Shown: positions 11,026 through 23,696 of the stretch, in pieces
Layout of the letters: the number at the start of each line of letters is the position of its first letter
Numbering within the stretch: the first letter of the stretch is position 1
Assembly (NCBI RefSeq): GCF_001194135.2
Contig: NC_068999.1
Span: forward strand, 8,131,211 to 8,181,691
Length of the DNA stretch: 50,481 nucleotides
Source: Octopus bimaculoides
Taxonomy: Eukaryota
Direction of reading: 5' to 3'
The notes under the pieces: model-generated
Seen by the model: only the letters and a program-made list of their open reading frames with translations
What the model was told of the DNA's origin: nothing
Databases searched by the model: none
Program-made: the position numbers and the translations under genes

Positions 11026-12317
11026 AATACCTGGTATGATCAAATGAAACGAAATTTTCCCAAGATTTTACCCTAAAATGTCTATGGAAAAAAAAATGGT
11101 GGGGGGTGGTATTTGATAAGTAGCTTAAAAACAGCACTCCGTGCGGACTTTTGGGCTAGCTCCTGCGGAAAACTTATAGGGCTTGCGGCCCCAAACTAAA
11201 GAGAGTAATAACAATAAGGTATTTACAGGTACCCTACCAATATGGTATTATTTTAAATTCAGCTTATATGAAAAGCTTGTAAGTTCACAAATTTTTGGAA
11301 TTCTTTTAAAATTTGAATTTTCAACTGTTTGCATTTAACAAGTCCTCATCCAGACCTGATCCCAATGCTGGATGTTCAAGAACCAAATGAAGGGCAGATT
11401 TTCAGTCCTGGGATCATCCTGATTCCAAACAAGGTATAATATGTCAATGTAGAGCAAATGTAGACTGAGATACAGGGGTCCCAGACGGACGGACAGAATT
11501 TCGCGTCTACTATTTTATAGACGTAGTCGGAATAAAAGACAGAAGTATCACAGAAATCCTTTGACTATAATAATTCTGCTCGAAAACAAGCCAGATCTGG
11601 TGTTAAACAAAGACAATAGCGCCGCCACCGCCGCCACCGCCGCCACCNNNNNNNNNNNNNNNNNNNNNNNNNNNNNNNNNNNNNNNNNNNNNNNNNNNNN
11701 NNNNNNNNNNNNNNNNNNNNNNNNNNNNNNNNNNNNNNNNNNNNNNNNNNNNNNNNNNNNNNNNNNNNNNNNNNNNNNNNNNNNNNNNNNNNNNNNNNNN
11801 NNNNNNNNNNNNNNNNNNNNNNNNNNNNNNNNNNNNNNNNNNNNNNNNNNNNNNNNNNNNNNNNNNNNNNNNNNNNNNNNNNNNNNNNNNNNNNNNNNNN
11901 NNNNNNNNNNNNNNNNNNNNNNNNNNNNNNNNNNNNNNNNNNNNNNNNNNNNNNNNNNNNNNNNNNNNNNNNNNNNNNNNNNNNNNNNNNNNNNNNNNNN
12001 NNNNNNNNNNNNNNNNNNNNNNNNNNNNNNNNNNNNNNNNNNNNNNNNNNNNNNNNNNNNNNNNNNNNNNNNNNNNNNNNNNNNNNNNNNNNNNNNNNNN
12101 NNNNNNNNNNNNNNNNNNNNNNNNNNNNNNNNNNNNNNNNNNNNNNNNNNNNNNNNNNNNNNNNNNNNNNNNNNNNNNNNNNNNNNNNNNNNNNNNNNNN
12201 NNNNNNNNNNNNNNNNNNNNNNNNNNNNNNNNNNNNNNNNNNNNNNNNNNNNNNNNNNNNNNNNNNNNNNNNNNNNNNNNNNNNNNNNNNNNNNNNNNNN
12301 NNNNNNNNNNNNNNNNN

Positions 12318-12376
<59 letters not shown>

Positions 12377-12897
12377 GCATGTATGTATGTATATGTGTAT
12401 GTGTATGTATGTTTATGTATGTGTGTGTACGCATATATACATACACGTACACATACGCATGCGCACGCTTATAAAACATATGCATAATACATATAGGTAT
12501 CTGAATATACATATATATATGCATACACATAAACACACACACACACATATATAATATATATATACATATATACACATAGATAATCACATACATAGGTACA
12601 CACTCTATTTCACACACACCCACGAGTATAAAACACCATCGCTGTGTATAGAATACCACGAAAACAAAAAGAATTACAATGAAAGTTTTATTATCAGTAT
12701 GATGTCATACGTTCACACTTATAAAGCATTTACAAAACAACGCAAGCTATCGGCCGACCTGGGCCACCAACGATTTAATGCAGATGTACTCATTCAGCCA
12801 CTATACAAGCTTTAATATATTAAGGGTAAAACATATATATATATATGAACGTTTCCGCTTCCGGTAAGTTATGTTTTAGACGGTCGACTTTTAGTTA

Positions 12898-13210
12898 CGG
12901 AGATGTACTTGCATAGTAAGCGACCTGATCTGAGATCGTGTGCTGGAACGAAACAATTGCAGCGTGGAAGGTGTTTATAAGCCATTTAAAATAACACACA
13001 AAAGCCGTTAGATTCACTTCAACATTTAAGTTTAATTTGTCAAAATATTTTCGGCGCTTTGAGACTGACAAAATTCCGTGCAGCACGGAAGGTTGCGGTC
13101 TCAAAGCGACGAAAATATTTTGGCAAATTAAATTTAAATGTTGAAGTGAATCTAACGGTTTTTCTGTGTTTCTTAAATGGCTTATAAACACCTTCCACGC
13201 TGCAATTGTT
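12898..13210. mobile_element. 313-bp fold-back insertion with 12-bp target-site duplication
   Basis: Inverted arms at 12952-13065 and 13098-13210. GACTTTTAGTTA occurs at 12886-12897 and 13211-13222. Confidence 0.8.
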
Positions 13211-14026
13211 GACTTTTAGTTATATCCTCTTAAATGTCTCAGTCTTAAATTTGCAAATCTTTTCGCTTTCATATTTTATTTGTTTCAGTCAATGGACTGC
13301 TGCCATGCTGGGGGCAAAATAAACCAAAAATTAAGAGATAAAGCGTGCATGTAACGAATAATGAAAATATTCAGGAGTTAACCATNNNNNNNNNNNNNNN
13401 NNNNNNNNNNNNNNNNNNNNNNNNNNNNNNNNNNNNNNNNNNNNNNNNNNNNNNNNNNNNNNNNNNNNNNNNNNNNNNNNNNNNNNNNNNNNNNNNNNNN
13501 NNNNNNNNNNNNNNNNNNNNNNNNNNNNNNNNNNNNNNNNNNNNNNNNNNNNNNNNNNNNNNNNNNNNNNNNNNNNNNNNNNNNNNNNNNNNNNNNNNNN
13601 NNNNNNNNNNNNNNNNNNNNNNNNNNNNNNNNNNNNNNNNNNNNNNNNNNNNNNNNNNNNNNNNNNNNNNNNNNNNNNNNNNNNNNNNNNNNNNNNNNNN
13701 NNNNNNNNNNNNNNNNNNNNNNNNNNNNNNNNNNNNNNNNNNNNNNNNNNNNNNNNNNNNNNNNNNNNNNNNNNNNNNNNNNNNNNNNNNNNNNNNNNNN
13801 NNNNNNNNNNNNNNNNNNNNNNNNNNNNNNNNNNNNNNNNNNNNNNNNNNNNNNNNNNNNNNNNNNNNNNNNNNNNNNNNNNNNNNNNNNNNNNNNNNNN
13901 NNNNNNNNNNNNNNNNNNNNNNNNNNNNNNNNNNNNNNNNNNNNNNNNNNNNNNNNNNNNNATATTTTACTGATTTCAGCTAGTGGTTGAGGCCATGCTA
14001 GATCACTATCCGTAAAGGAAAATTCA

Positions 14027-14098
14027 GGGCTCGTCCGGGATTTGAACCAACTACCTCTCACACCCAATGGGTGAATCTTGTGCCTAGACCAACGAGCC
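14027..14098 (-). pseudogene. Decayed tRNA-Pro(TGG) gene
   Basis: Minus strand reads GGCTCGTTGGTCTAGGCACAAGATTCACCCATTGGGTGTGAGAGGTAGTTGGTTCAAATCCCGGACGAGCCC (72 nt). It matches the canonical metazoan tRNA-Pro as recalled at 60/72 positions. The acceptor stem, B box and TGG anticodon are intact and TTTT follows 4 nt downstream. The anticodon and T stems carry mismatches. Confidence 0.88.
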
Positions 14099-14561
14099 AC
14101 CTACAATTAGATATGTATTCCGAGAATGATTATATTTTTATGATCGTGCATGTGGAGAGCTGCATTCATGTGTGCGTGTGCAATTTGTTTGATACAAAAG
14201 ACTTCATGTTCTAACCGAATAATTTTTATATTTTCTTTCAGTTGCAACGAATTCTCTCCACTCCTCACAGCACTCGTTTACCTTCAATGTTCAAAATTTA
14301 AATGACGTTAATCTACATTTTATTTTTCATGTTTCAGTACATAATTGTGCTTCTGACATTTTCTAACTGTACATATACATGCATACATACATGTATATAT
14401 ATGTGTGAGTGTGTGTGTGTGTGTGTATAATATATATATACATACATACATACATACATACACATATATATATACATATATGCACACATATTTCTGTATA
14501 CACACATATAGATAGATAGATAGGAAATGGAATGATAGATAGATAGCGAATGAACAACATT

Positions 14562-14877
14562 CTTTATTTAATATCACTACAATTGTTTCGACACATTTTT
14601 TCACCTGTTGTACACTGGGGGATATGCTGTGTAATCTTATCATTCATCGCAGGTGTAAAATGCACCTCCTCAGGTGACAGTTTAAATAAGTCCTTCGTTA
14701 GATCCTATTGTCATTCCACATTGAATGAAATAACATAAGATCTAACGAAGGACTTATTTAAGAAATCACCCGAGGAGGTGCATTTCATACCTGCGATGCA
14801 TAAGAGTACACAGCATCTCACCAACATACTACATGTGTAAAAATGTGTCGAAACAATTCTAGTGGTATTAAATAAAG
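14562..14877. repeat. 316-bp imperfect palindrome (MITE/fold-back-like)
   Basis: Outer arms CTTTATTTAATA.CACTA.AATTGTTTCGACACATTTTT pair with their reverse complement. The inner 23 bp TTAAATAAGTCCTTCGTTAGATC (14682-14704) pairs perfectly with 14739-14761. Confidence 0.88.
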
Positions 14878-15207
14878 CATGTCATTCGTTCTATTTCCTA
14901 TCATTTAGCTATTTATACAAACGTTACTGACACTATGGAATTTCTGATGTATATCCAATAGAGGAGCATTTTCACTGTATGGCATCAAATAGCCAATAAC
15001 CGTGGACATGCTTTACACAGCATTCTACACGAATCTTATTTAATTATATAAGTACATATGCACACAAATCAACCTAATATATTCGCTGTGTACGTTCTTT
15101 TGACTTTTTGTTGTTTTTCTTCTTTTGGCTTTATTTATCTTTTGCCTATGTACGTATGTGTGTGTGTGTGTGTGTGTATGTGTGTGTGTGTGTATGTGTG
15201 TGTGTGT

Positions 15208-15334
15208 AGTGGCTGTGTGGTAAGTAGCTTGCTTACCAACCACATGGTTCCGGGTTCGGTCCCACTGCTATAGCCTCGGGTCAACCAAAGCCTTGTGAGT
15301 GGTTTTGGTAGACGGAAACTGAAAGAAGCCCGTC

Positions 15335-15370
<36 letters not shown>

Positions 15371-15586
15371 GTGTCTGTGTTTGCCCCACCACCACCACCA
15401 CCACCACCATTGCTTAACGACCGATGTTGGTGTGTTTACGTCCCCGTAACTTAGCGGTTCGGCGACAAAGGACCGATGGAATAAGTACCATTTTTATAAA
15501 AGAATAAGTCCTGGGGGTCGATTTGCTCGACTAAAGGCGATGCTCCAGCATGACCGCAGTCCAACGAGTGAAACAAATAAAAGAAT
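15208..15586 (+). mobile_element. SINE family A with internal 27-nt deletion of the CORE-like segment
   Basis: CCCACTGC is joined directly to TATAGCC, lacking GTGGCACCTTGGGCAAGTGTCTTCTAC. It is otherwise collinear with other copies. Confidence 0.9.
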
Positions 15587-16759
15587 ACATATATATATAT
15601 ACATGCACACACACATATGTATATATACGTGTGTGTGTGTGTATGCCTATGTGTGCAACGATGTGGTTTTGCATGTATGTCTGTTCCAGTCTTCGGACAA
15701 GTATTCCTTTTATTTTATTTTACTTAATTTCCATTTATTTATTTTGGGGCATCTGGTTTTAATATCACCACAAACCCAAAGTTTAAAAAAAAGATGCTTA
15801 CTTGCTATAAAATAGTTGCCTAGGTGATATGCAAAGAATTAACAAACTATTGCAGCTGCAGTCAGGCCTGGAATTTCAGTTCCACGTGCATCTGAAGCCA
15901 ATAATGATTGAATAAATGCCAGCCCGTTTGCATAATACGCTGGAACAGAATCCAAAATAAGAAGTTTAGTTTTTAGAATTCTGTCTGAAACAGTTACAAA
16001 GAGGGTCGAAATAATAATGTTTTAATACTTTATATTGATACAAAGCTTAAGATATGAGGGGGTAAGTGAGAATGGGAAGGTAGATTAGATAAGAAATCTA
16101 TGGAACGAATACCATGTCATGTGGTTAAGCTGTTTTGCTTTCTGTCATCAAAACTGAAATGCATTGTGGGTCGAAACACTTGCTTTTAGTTGACCCGAAA
16201 AGGATAAAAACCAAAGTTGGCCTTGGTGGGATTTGAACGCAGTGCACAGGACATCAGGACAAATGCCACCAGAACAACTCACCACCACCACAACTGCCAG
16301 GTCAACCGAGGCATGGAGAATCTGATTTCAAAAGCTGTCTGCTGCTGCTACTGCTGCTGCTGCTGCTGCTATTGTTGATGTTACTTGGTACAAAGGCAGC
16401 CCTGATCCAGCAGAACTACAATCAAAGAAGGCTTTAGGCTTTCCATCCACGACCATCCTGTCATTTCATAGTGCAAGGGCAGCTCTGATCTAGTAGAACT
16501 ATGATGAAAGAAGGCATTCCAGTTGTGACCATCCAGTCGTTTATTTAGGCAAAGTCTATCTAAGTCTACATCATTTAACATGGCTCGGCTTTTCTCTAAT
16601 GACACAGTTGATGTGAATTGAGGGATATTTGACTACTATTTCTAGCAGATCGAATGACCACTCGAAGGCTCTTTCTCATTCTCTCGATTTCTCTGTCTCC
16701 TTATGTCTGTTTTTGTCAGTCTCTCAACCNNNNNNNNNNCTGTATCTCCACTTCAGTCT

Positions 16760-16971
16760 CCACATCATCATCACCATCATCATCATCATCATCATCATCA
16801 TCCTCACCATCCTCATCATCATCATCATCATCACCATCCTCATCATCATCAACATCATCATCCTCACCATCATCATCATCATCATTATCATCCTCACCAT
16901 CCTCCTCCTCCTCATCATCATCATCATCACCATCCTTGTCATCATCATCATCATCATCATCATCACCATCC

Positions 16972-17005
<34 letters not shown>

Positions 17006-17148
17006 CACCATCCTCATCATCATCATCACCATCATCATCATCACCATCCTCATCATCACCATCCTCATCATCATCATCATCATTATCCTCACCATCCTCA
17101 TCATCCTCACCATCCTCATCATCATCACCATCCTCATCATCACCATCC

Positions 17149-17188
<40 letters not shown>

Positions 17189-17222
17189 CACCTTCGTCCT
17201 CACCATCATCATCATCATCATC
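16760..17222. repeat. Compound (CAT)n/CAC/CCT trinucleotide repeat
   Basis: Seen directly; it generates the poly-D/H/S/I/M ORFs in the track. Confidence 0.95.
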
Positions 17223-17337
17223 CCCTTTCTCTTCTTTTCTCTTACCTTCCTTCTTGACTTTTATTTCATTTCCACAAGTTAACATCACAATGTGTTAAAA
17301 TTGGCCTCATTAATAAACTAACAATGTTATTATTATT

Positions 17338-17369
<32 letters not shown>

Positions 17370-17392
17370 TATTATTCTTATTCTTATTATTA

Positions 17393-17453
<61 letters not shown>

Positions 17454-17828
17454 CATCATTAATACATCAAGTAAACGTTAGTTAAGCGCAAAGGTTAAGT
17501 ATTAATTTCATATCTCCGACTCGAGCTTATTTAAATCCATTCTGCTTTCTCTAATGAATAAAAGATTTCATGATTTATCTCCGATTCCGTTGAACATTGA
17601 ATATTGGTTAATGCCTCTTCTGTTATTCTCTTTCAGTGTTTTTACTTATCAATAAAGAATTTTGATGACTTTCCAAGCACATAAGAACTGTTTGCTTGTT
17701 ACAAAATGGCTGAGTGCATCGTAGTATGAAAATGTCACTCTCTACAAATGTAAGTGTGAATCTGTTTATGTATATATATATATATATAAATGTATATATA
17801 TTTATGTGTGTATATATGTATGTGTGTG

Positions 17829-17951
<123 letters not shown>

Positions 17952-18449
17952 CATAATAGGGTAAAAATTTGATATTAATTAATATCAATTTAATACCAAT
18001 TTACAGATAACCGAGGTATTTATAATTTTCACTGGTCTCGCCCGCCTGCTTTTTGCTCCGCTGAATCTTTCTTTGAGAATTTTTTAAGTGATCTTTTTCT
18101 AGCACATAAACAGACCACTTGGTGGTCTCTTCTATATACTCAAGTATATATATATATAATTTAGTTTCAAAATTGAATGTAGCACTTAAGTTTAGGCACC
18201 AGAATATAGTGTGGTATTATCCAAACAATTCCAAAAAACAAGGTGATCAAAAATCAAAAGAAGCGACATGGATTTTCAAGGTTGTTGCAGTACGCACATT
18301 TCATGCCACTCCATTTATTTAAGTTACGCGAGCATTACATTAAACGCAAAATGCAGAGCAATCTTCAGCTGCACAAGGATACAGAAAAATTTACTGAAAA
18401 TTTCATTTCAGCAGAATGGACATATTACTGTTGTGACAACATTTAAAAT

Positions 18450-18774
18450 AATGATGATGATGACGACGGTAGTGATGGTGGTGATGATAATGATGATGAT
18501 GAAGATGATAATGATGACGACGACGACGATGATGATGATGACAACGACAATGATGATGAGGGTAGCAGTGGTGATGATGATGATGACGATGATGATGACG
18601 ACGACGATTATGATGATGATGATGATGATGACGACGATTATGATGATGATAATGATGATGATGATGATGACGACGACGATTATGATGATGATGATGATGA
18701 CGACGACGACGACGATTATGATGATGATGATGATGATGACGACAACGATTATGATGATGATGATGACGACGATT

Positions 18775-18808
<34 letters not shown>

Positions 18809-18812
18809 CGAT
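18450..18812. repeat. Compound (GAT)n/(GAC)n repeat
   Basis: Seen directly. Confidence 0.95.
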
Positions 18813-19726
18813 GTTGACACATTGTTTCTTAAATCTATTTCCAGTTAATCCAATATAATCTTTAGAAACTAAATTATCAGATGGAAATACTTTTACACAA
18901 TAAACTATTGATTTCAAAATGGCATGAATTATTTAATGGACATTTCGCAGAGGTTAAGAGAGTTCCGTGAAGACGGCAGTGTGGGTGGCTGGGGGTGGGG
19001 GCGAAGTGTTAAATATGGAGACGACTTTTTATTCGAGAATTTTTTTTTCTTTTCCTTTTTACTACTGATGTTCGCTATTTCTGTGACAAAATTATGTGTA
19101 CTACTAAAGCTAAATTTAACATCAGCTATCATCATCATCATCGTTGTCGTCATTGTCATGATCATCACTGTTATCATCATCATCATCATCATTATCACCA
19201 TCATAGTGTACCTTGTGTGAGCGGAGATATCACAAGCCATGAGCTACCATGAAGATGGACACCAAGAACGGGACACAAGATCGGGAATCACAATAAACGA
19301 TTATTGAATTGCATCCACTCGTTTGCTTCTTCTTTCACCTTCAAGATCCTTAAGACAGAAACTAATTATTATGGGAGAAGGTGATACTCAACAGGTATCA
19401 TGAAATTTTCCTTCCCTTAAACATACATACATACATATGGAAGTCTGTGTACACTGGCTTCTTCAGTTTTTGCCTATCGGCCAGTCACATGTTGCTGGTC
19501 ACCCCTTGGCTATAGTAGAGGACACCAGATCAGATGACAGCGTTTTTAACCGCCAAAGAAACTGTCTTAACCACACAGTCAATCCCTGTGCCTCAGCCTG
19601 AACCTGAAGTTTAAATAAATATCAATTTTTCTTCTTCAGCACGCATCAAATTTCGACCCAATACGAAGAAGACATTGGAAGGTAATGCAACAGGTATGTT
19701 CCTAAATAAACAATGGATGGCTACGG

Positions 19727-19756
19727 CTACTACTACCACTACTACCACCACCACTG

Positions 19757-19832
<76 letters not shown>

Positions 19833-19863
19833 CATCATCACCACCCACACCACCACCACCACC

Positions 19864-19907
<44 letters not shown>

Positions 19908-20067
19908 TAACTGCTACTACTACTACTACTAACTGCTGCTACCATCACCACTAACGCCACCACTACCACCAACACTACTACTACTACTACTACTACTACT
20001 ACACCTACTATTACTACTACCATCATCATCACCACCAATACCACCACCACCACCAACACTCCTACAG

Positions 20068-20138
<71 letters not shown>

Positions 20139-20152
20139 ACTACTACTACTGA
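19727..20152. repeat. Compound (CTA)n/(CCA)n/(CTG)n repeat
   Basis: Seen directly. Confidence 0.95.
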
Positions 20153-20331
20153 TGCAGTAAGGTAAAACTATGTATAAATAACAAAGAGATCAAGAGAAGA
20201 AGGTTGAACAGAAGAAAGAATTCTTTCGAATGCTTTCAACTCTTTCCTTGCAAAGTCTTGTCTGAGCGAAACATTTATCTCTACTTGTCAGAGGCGTGGT
20301 TGGGGGTGGGGATGCATTTCTCACAGTGTTC

Positions 20332-20364
<33 letters not shown>

Positions 20365-20505
20365 TGTATGTGTGAATGCGTTGTTGTGTGTGTGTGTGTG
20401 TGTGTGAGCGCGAGTTTATGTATACTTATATAAACTCTTGCATGTATGTAATGTGTGTTTGTATGTAAGCAAGCTTGTGAATAAATACACACACACATAC
20501 ATATG

Positions 20506-20546
<41 letters not shown>

Positions 20547-20549
<3 letters not shown>

Positions 20550-20774
20550 GTTGCCAGTACCACCTGACTGGCCTTCATGCGGGTGACACGTAAAAGCACC
20601 CACTACACTCTCTGAGTGGTTGGCGTTAGGAAGGGCATCCAGCTGTAGAAACTCTGCCAAATCAGATTGGAGCCTGGTGTAGCCATCTTGTTTCACCAGT
20701 CCTCAGTCAAATCGTCCAACCCATGCTAGCATGGAAAGCGGACGTTAAACGACGAGGATGATGATGATGATGAT
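20547..20774 (+). mobile_element. SINE family C with (GAT)n tail
   Basis: GTGGTTGGCGTTAGGAAGGGCATCCAGCTGTAGAAACTCT...CCCATGCTAGCATGGAAAGCGGACGTTAAAC(GAT)n. Matches 49235-49413. Confidence 0.85.
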
Positions 20775-20776
20775 GG

Positions 20777-20807
<31 letters not shown>

Positions 20808-21740
20808 GCACACAAACACATATGTATGCATGTATATATGAATGCATTTATACATAAATAATGGGCTTCTTTCAGTTTCCTGCTATCAAGTTTAGAGCTT
20901 GAACATCTTTGTTCAAATGTTTGCTGAATCAGAGATGACTTTAGAGGAAGCAGTAACAAAGAACAAGAAACACTGGATGTGACCACACGAGCTGCTAGAA
21001 ATAGCAGACAAATCTCCCCCGACTTACCATTTTATCTAGGAACCTGATATTAAAGTAACAGCTTTAGCTTAAAAAAACACATTGGATAATGTAGTCCCAG
21101 ATATTCTATGTTTGGAGAAAATGCTGAATTGATTTCCTGGAGCGCCTTTGATTGTAGTTGTGTTTAACCTAGGTTGACCTGAGTTTAGCAATTAATAGAA
21201 AATATAATGAACGTAAACAGCAGCCATCTCTGTTCGAATAGATTCAAACTTGGGAATTAAATGACAGAAGATATGTGAAGACTGTTCTAGAAGAAGAAAA
21301 AATTGGTTGACAAAGTCCTTGATAATGATTGCACATCCATAGAGATATGAAAGAATATCTCCTAATAAGGAAAACAAGTCAAAGAGAGTTAATGGAACAG
21401 TGCAAATAAATGGTAAAAGGAGAGAAAATAAGTTAGAAATGTGTTTGAAGAGATTTATGAGAGAACGAATGAGAGCAAATGGAAAAGAAGGTGAAAGAAA
21501 GAGTGAAAGAGAGAAAAAGTGAAATAGATTAAGGGATAGAGAGAATGAAAGAATAATGAATGAATGTTTGGAAGAATTGAAGGAAAAAGAAATAAAATAA
21601 TGTAAGAAATAAAGGTGAAACTAGCCAGTAAATGAAGGACAGAGTGGAATAAGGGAAGAATAAGGAAATGAAAAAAAGGATTGAATGAATGAATGAGAGG
21701 AAGAAAAAATTCAAAAAGACGGAAAAAAGAACTTCATCTT

Positions 21741-21963
21741 ATTTCTTTATTGCCCACAGGGGGCTAAACATAGAGGGGACAAACAAGGACAGACAAAGCT
21801 ATTAAGTTGATTATATCGACCTCAGTGCGAAACTGGTACTTTATTTATCGACCCCGAAAGGATGGAAGGCAAAGTCGACCTCGGCGGAATTTGAACTCAG
21901 AACGGAAAGGCAGACGAAATACCGCTAAGCATTTCGCCCGGCGGGCTGTTTCTGCCAGCTCGC
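21741..21963 (-). mobile_element. SINE family B, full length
   Basis: Reverse complement runs from the GCGAGCTGGCAGAA head to the GGGCAATAAAGAAATA tail. Confidence 0.9.
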
Positions 21964-21966
21964 AGC

Positions 21967-22387
21967 TTCATCTTGCCACATGGAAACAGACTCAACATGG
22001 AGGCCTATATCAAGTGCCTGGGGGAAGCAGTGCTGCCCTGGGTCAAGAGGGCTGCTGTTGGAAGACCCTATGTCTGGTAACAGGACTCTGCACCATGCCA
22101 CACAAGCAAGAGAACTCAGTCATGGCTGTCAGATAATTTCTCTGACCACACCACCCCTAACATCTGGCCACCTAACTCCTCACACTGCAATCCCCCTTGA
22201 TTATCATGTGTGGGGTGCAGTTGAGTGAGAAACCAATAAAACTCCTTGTAACACGAAAGATGAACTGAAGGCAAGGATTATGGCAGCATTCACCAACTGA
22301 AACAAGGAGACCATCTAGAAGACTTGCAGGAGATTCCGAAGTCATCTAGAGACTGTGGTTGAAGCCAATGGCGATTTTATTGAATAA
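21967..22387 (+). mobile_element. Decayed Tc1/mariner transposase C-terminus, DD37D (maT/Bmmar1-like)
   Basis: Conceptual translation FILPHGNRLNMEAYIKCLGEAVLPWVKRAAVGRPYVW*QDSAPCHTSKRTQSWL...WPPNSSHCNP/LDYHVWGAVE*...RRFRSHLETVVEANGDFIE*. There are 37 residues between the QD and PLD aspartates, several stops and a +1 C frameshift near 22196. Confidence 0.9.
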
Positions 22388-22780
22388 ATTTACTCTTCAG
22401 TATTTCAATATATTCTTATGTAATTTTGGTAAATATATCTGTTAAAATGAGATATCAGTGTTATTTTCATTGTTGCGTNNNNNNNNNNNNNNNNNNNNNN
22501 NNNNNNNNNNNNNNNNNNNNNNNNNNNNNNNNNNNNNNNNNNNNNNNNNNNNNNNNNNNNNNNNNNNNNNNNNNNNNNNNNNNNNNNNNNNNNNNNNNNN
22601 NNNNNNNNNNNNNNNNNNNNNNNNNNNNNNNNNNNNNNNNNNNNNNNNNNNNNNNNNNNNNNNNNNNNNNNNNNNNNNNNNNNNNNNNNNNNNNNNNNNN
22701 NNNNNNNNNNNNNNNNNNNNNNNNNNNNNNNNNNNNNNNNNNNNNNNNNNNNNNNNNNNNNNNNNNNNNNNNNNNNNNNN

Positions 22781-22813
<33 letters not shown>

Positions 22814-23360
22814 GTATACATATAAGTGTGTGTGTGAGAACACGTAAAACAACAGAAACTGAAATGAATCAGTAATGATGACAATAAATAGATTGTTTTT
22901 CTGTCAGTGTTTGCATATCTGAGAGAGAGATAATTTGCAGGACTTGTCTCCAAGAACACATTTGACCATTCCAAGGAAGGAAATAAAAGTTGTCAGATAT
23001 CAAACAAAAAGATGGAGCTGTGGGGGAGAAGAGGAGGATGTTAGACATGTCTGTTAATTTCGTGCCTCCATTCTATTTTTTTAATGTTTTTTTGTTCATT
23101 TTGTCTTTGTTTAACTTCTTTTTGTTTTTTATGTACTTCTTTTTGCTGTATTTGCTATCGTAGCCTTGCAGATGCTTCACTTCTGTTACAAAGTGGACAC
23201 ACACACACATACACACACACACACACACACACAAACACACATGTATAAACACATGCATCCCTATATAAATGTATGTGTGTGTATGTATGCATATATATAA
23301 GTGGTTAATACAAACAGGAAAATAGAACTCAAAACATGAGTATATCTATCTATTTATCTA

Positions 23361-23394
<34 letters not shown>

Positions 23395-23395
<1 letters not shown>

Positions 23396-23696
23396 CTTTT
23401 ACTCTTTTACTTGTTTCAGTCATTTGACTGTGGCCATGCTGGAGCACCGCCTTTAGTCAAGCAAATCGACCCCAGGACTTATTCTTTGTAAGCCTAGTAC
23501 TTATTCTATCGGTTACTTTTGCCAAACCGCTAAGTTACGGGTACGTAAACACACCACCATCGGTTGTCAAAAGCGATGGTGGAGGGGACAAACACAGACA
23601 CACAAACATACAAATATATACATATATATATATACATACATATATACAACGGGCTTCTTTCAGTTTACGTCTACCGAATCCACTCACAAGGCTTTG
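23395..23696 (-). mobile_element. SINE family A, 3' two-thirds
   Basis: Reverse complement of the tail and middle of the 10615 copy. Confidence 0.9.

Noticed and set aside
11060-11530. Block with CAGACGGACGGACAG reminiscent of DINE-1/HINE elements
   Set aside because: I found no subterminal inverted repeats or terminal hairpin, and there is only one copy in the window.
18268-18917. Poly-M/H/I ORFs, and poly-T/Y/V ORFs at 19611-19932
   Set aside because: Direct translations of trinucleotide microsatellites, open in several frames on both strands.
21380-21740. Long purine-rich tract (and pyrimidine-rich tract at 30820-31250)
   Set aside because: Low-complexity degenerate (GA)n-type sequence with no mirror symmetry or coding signal seen.
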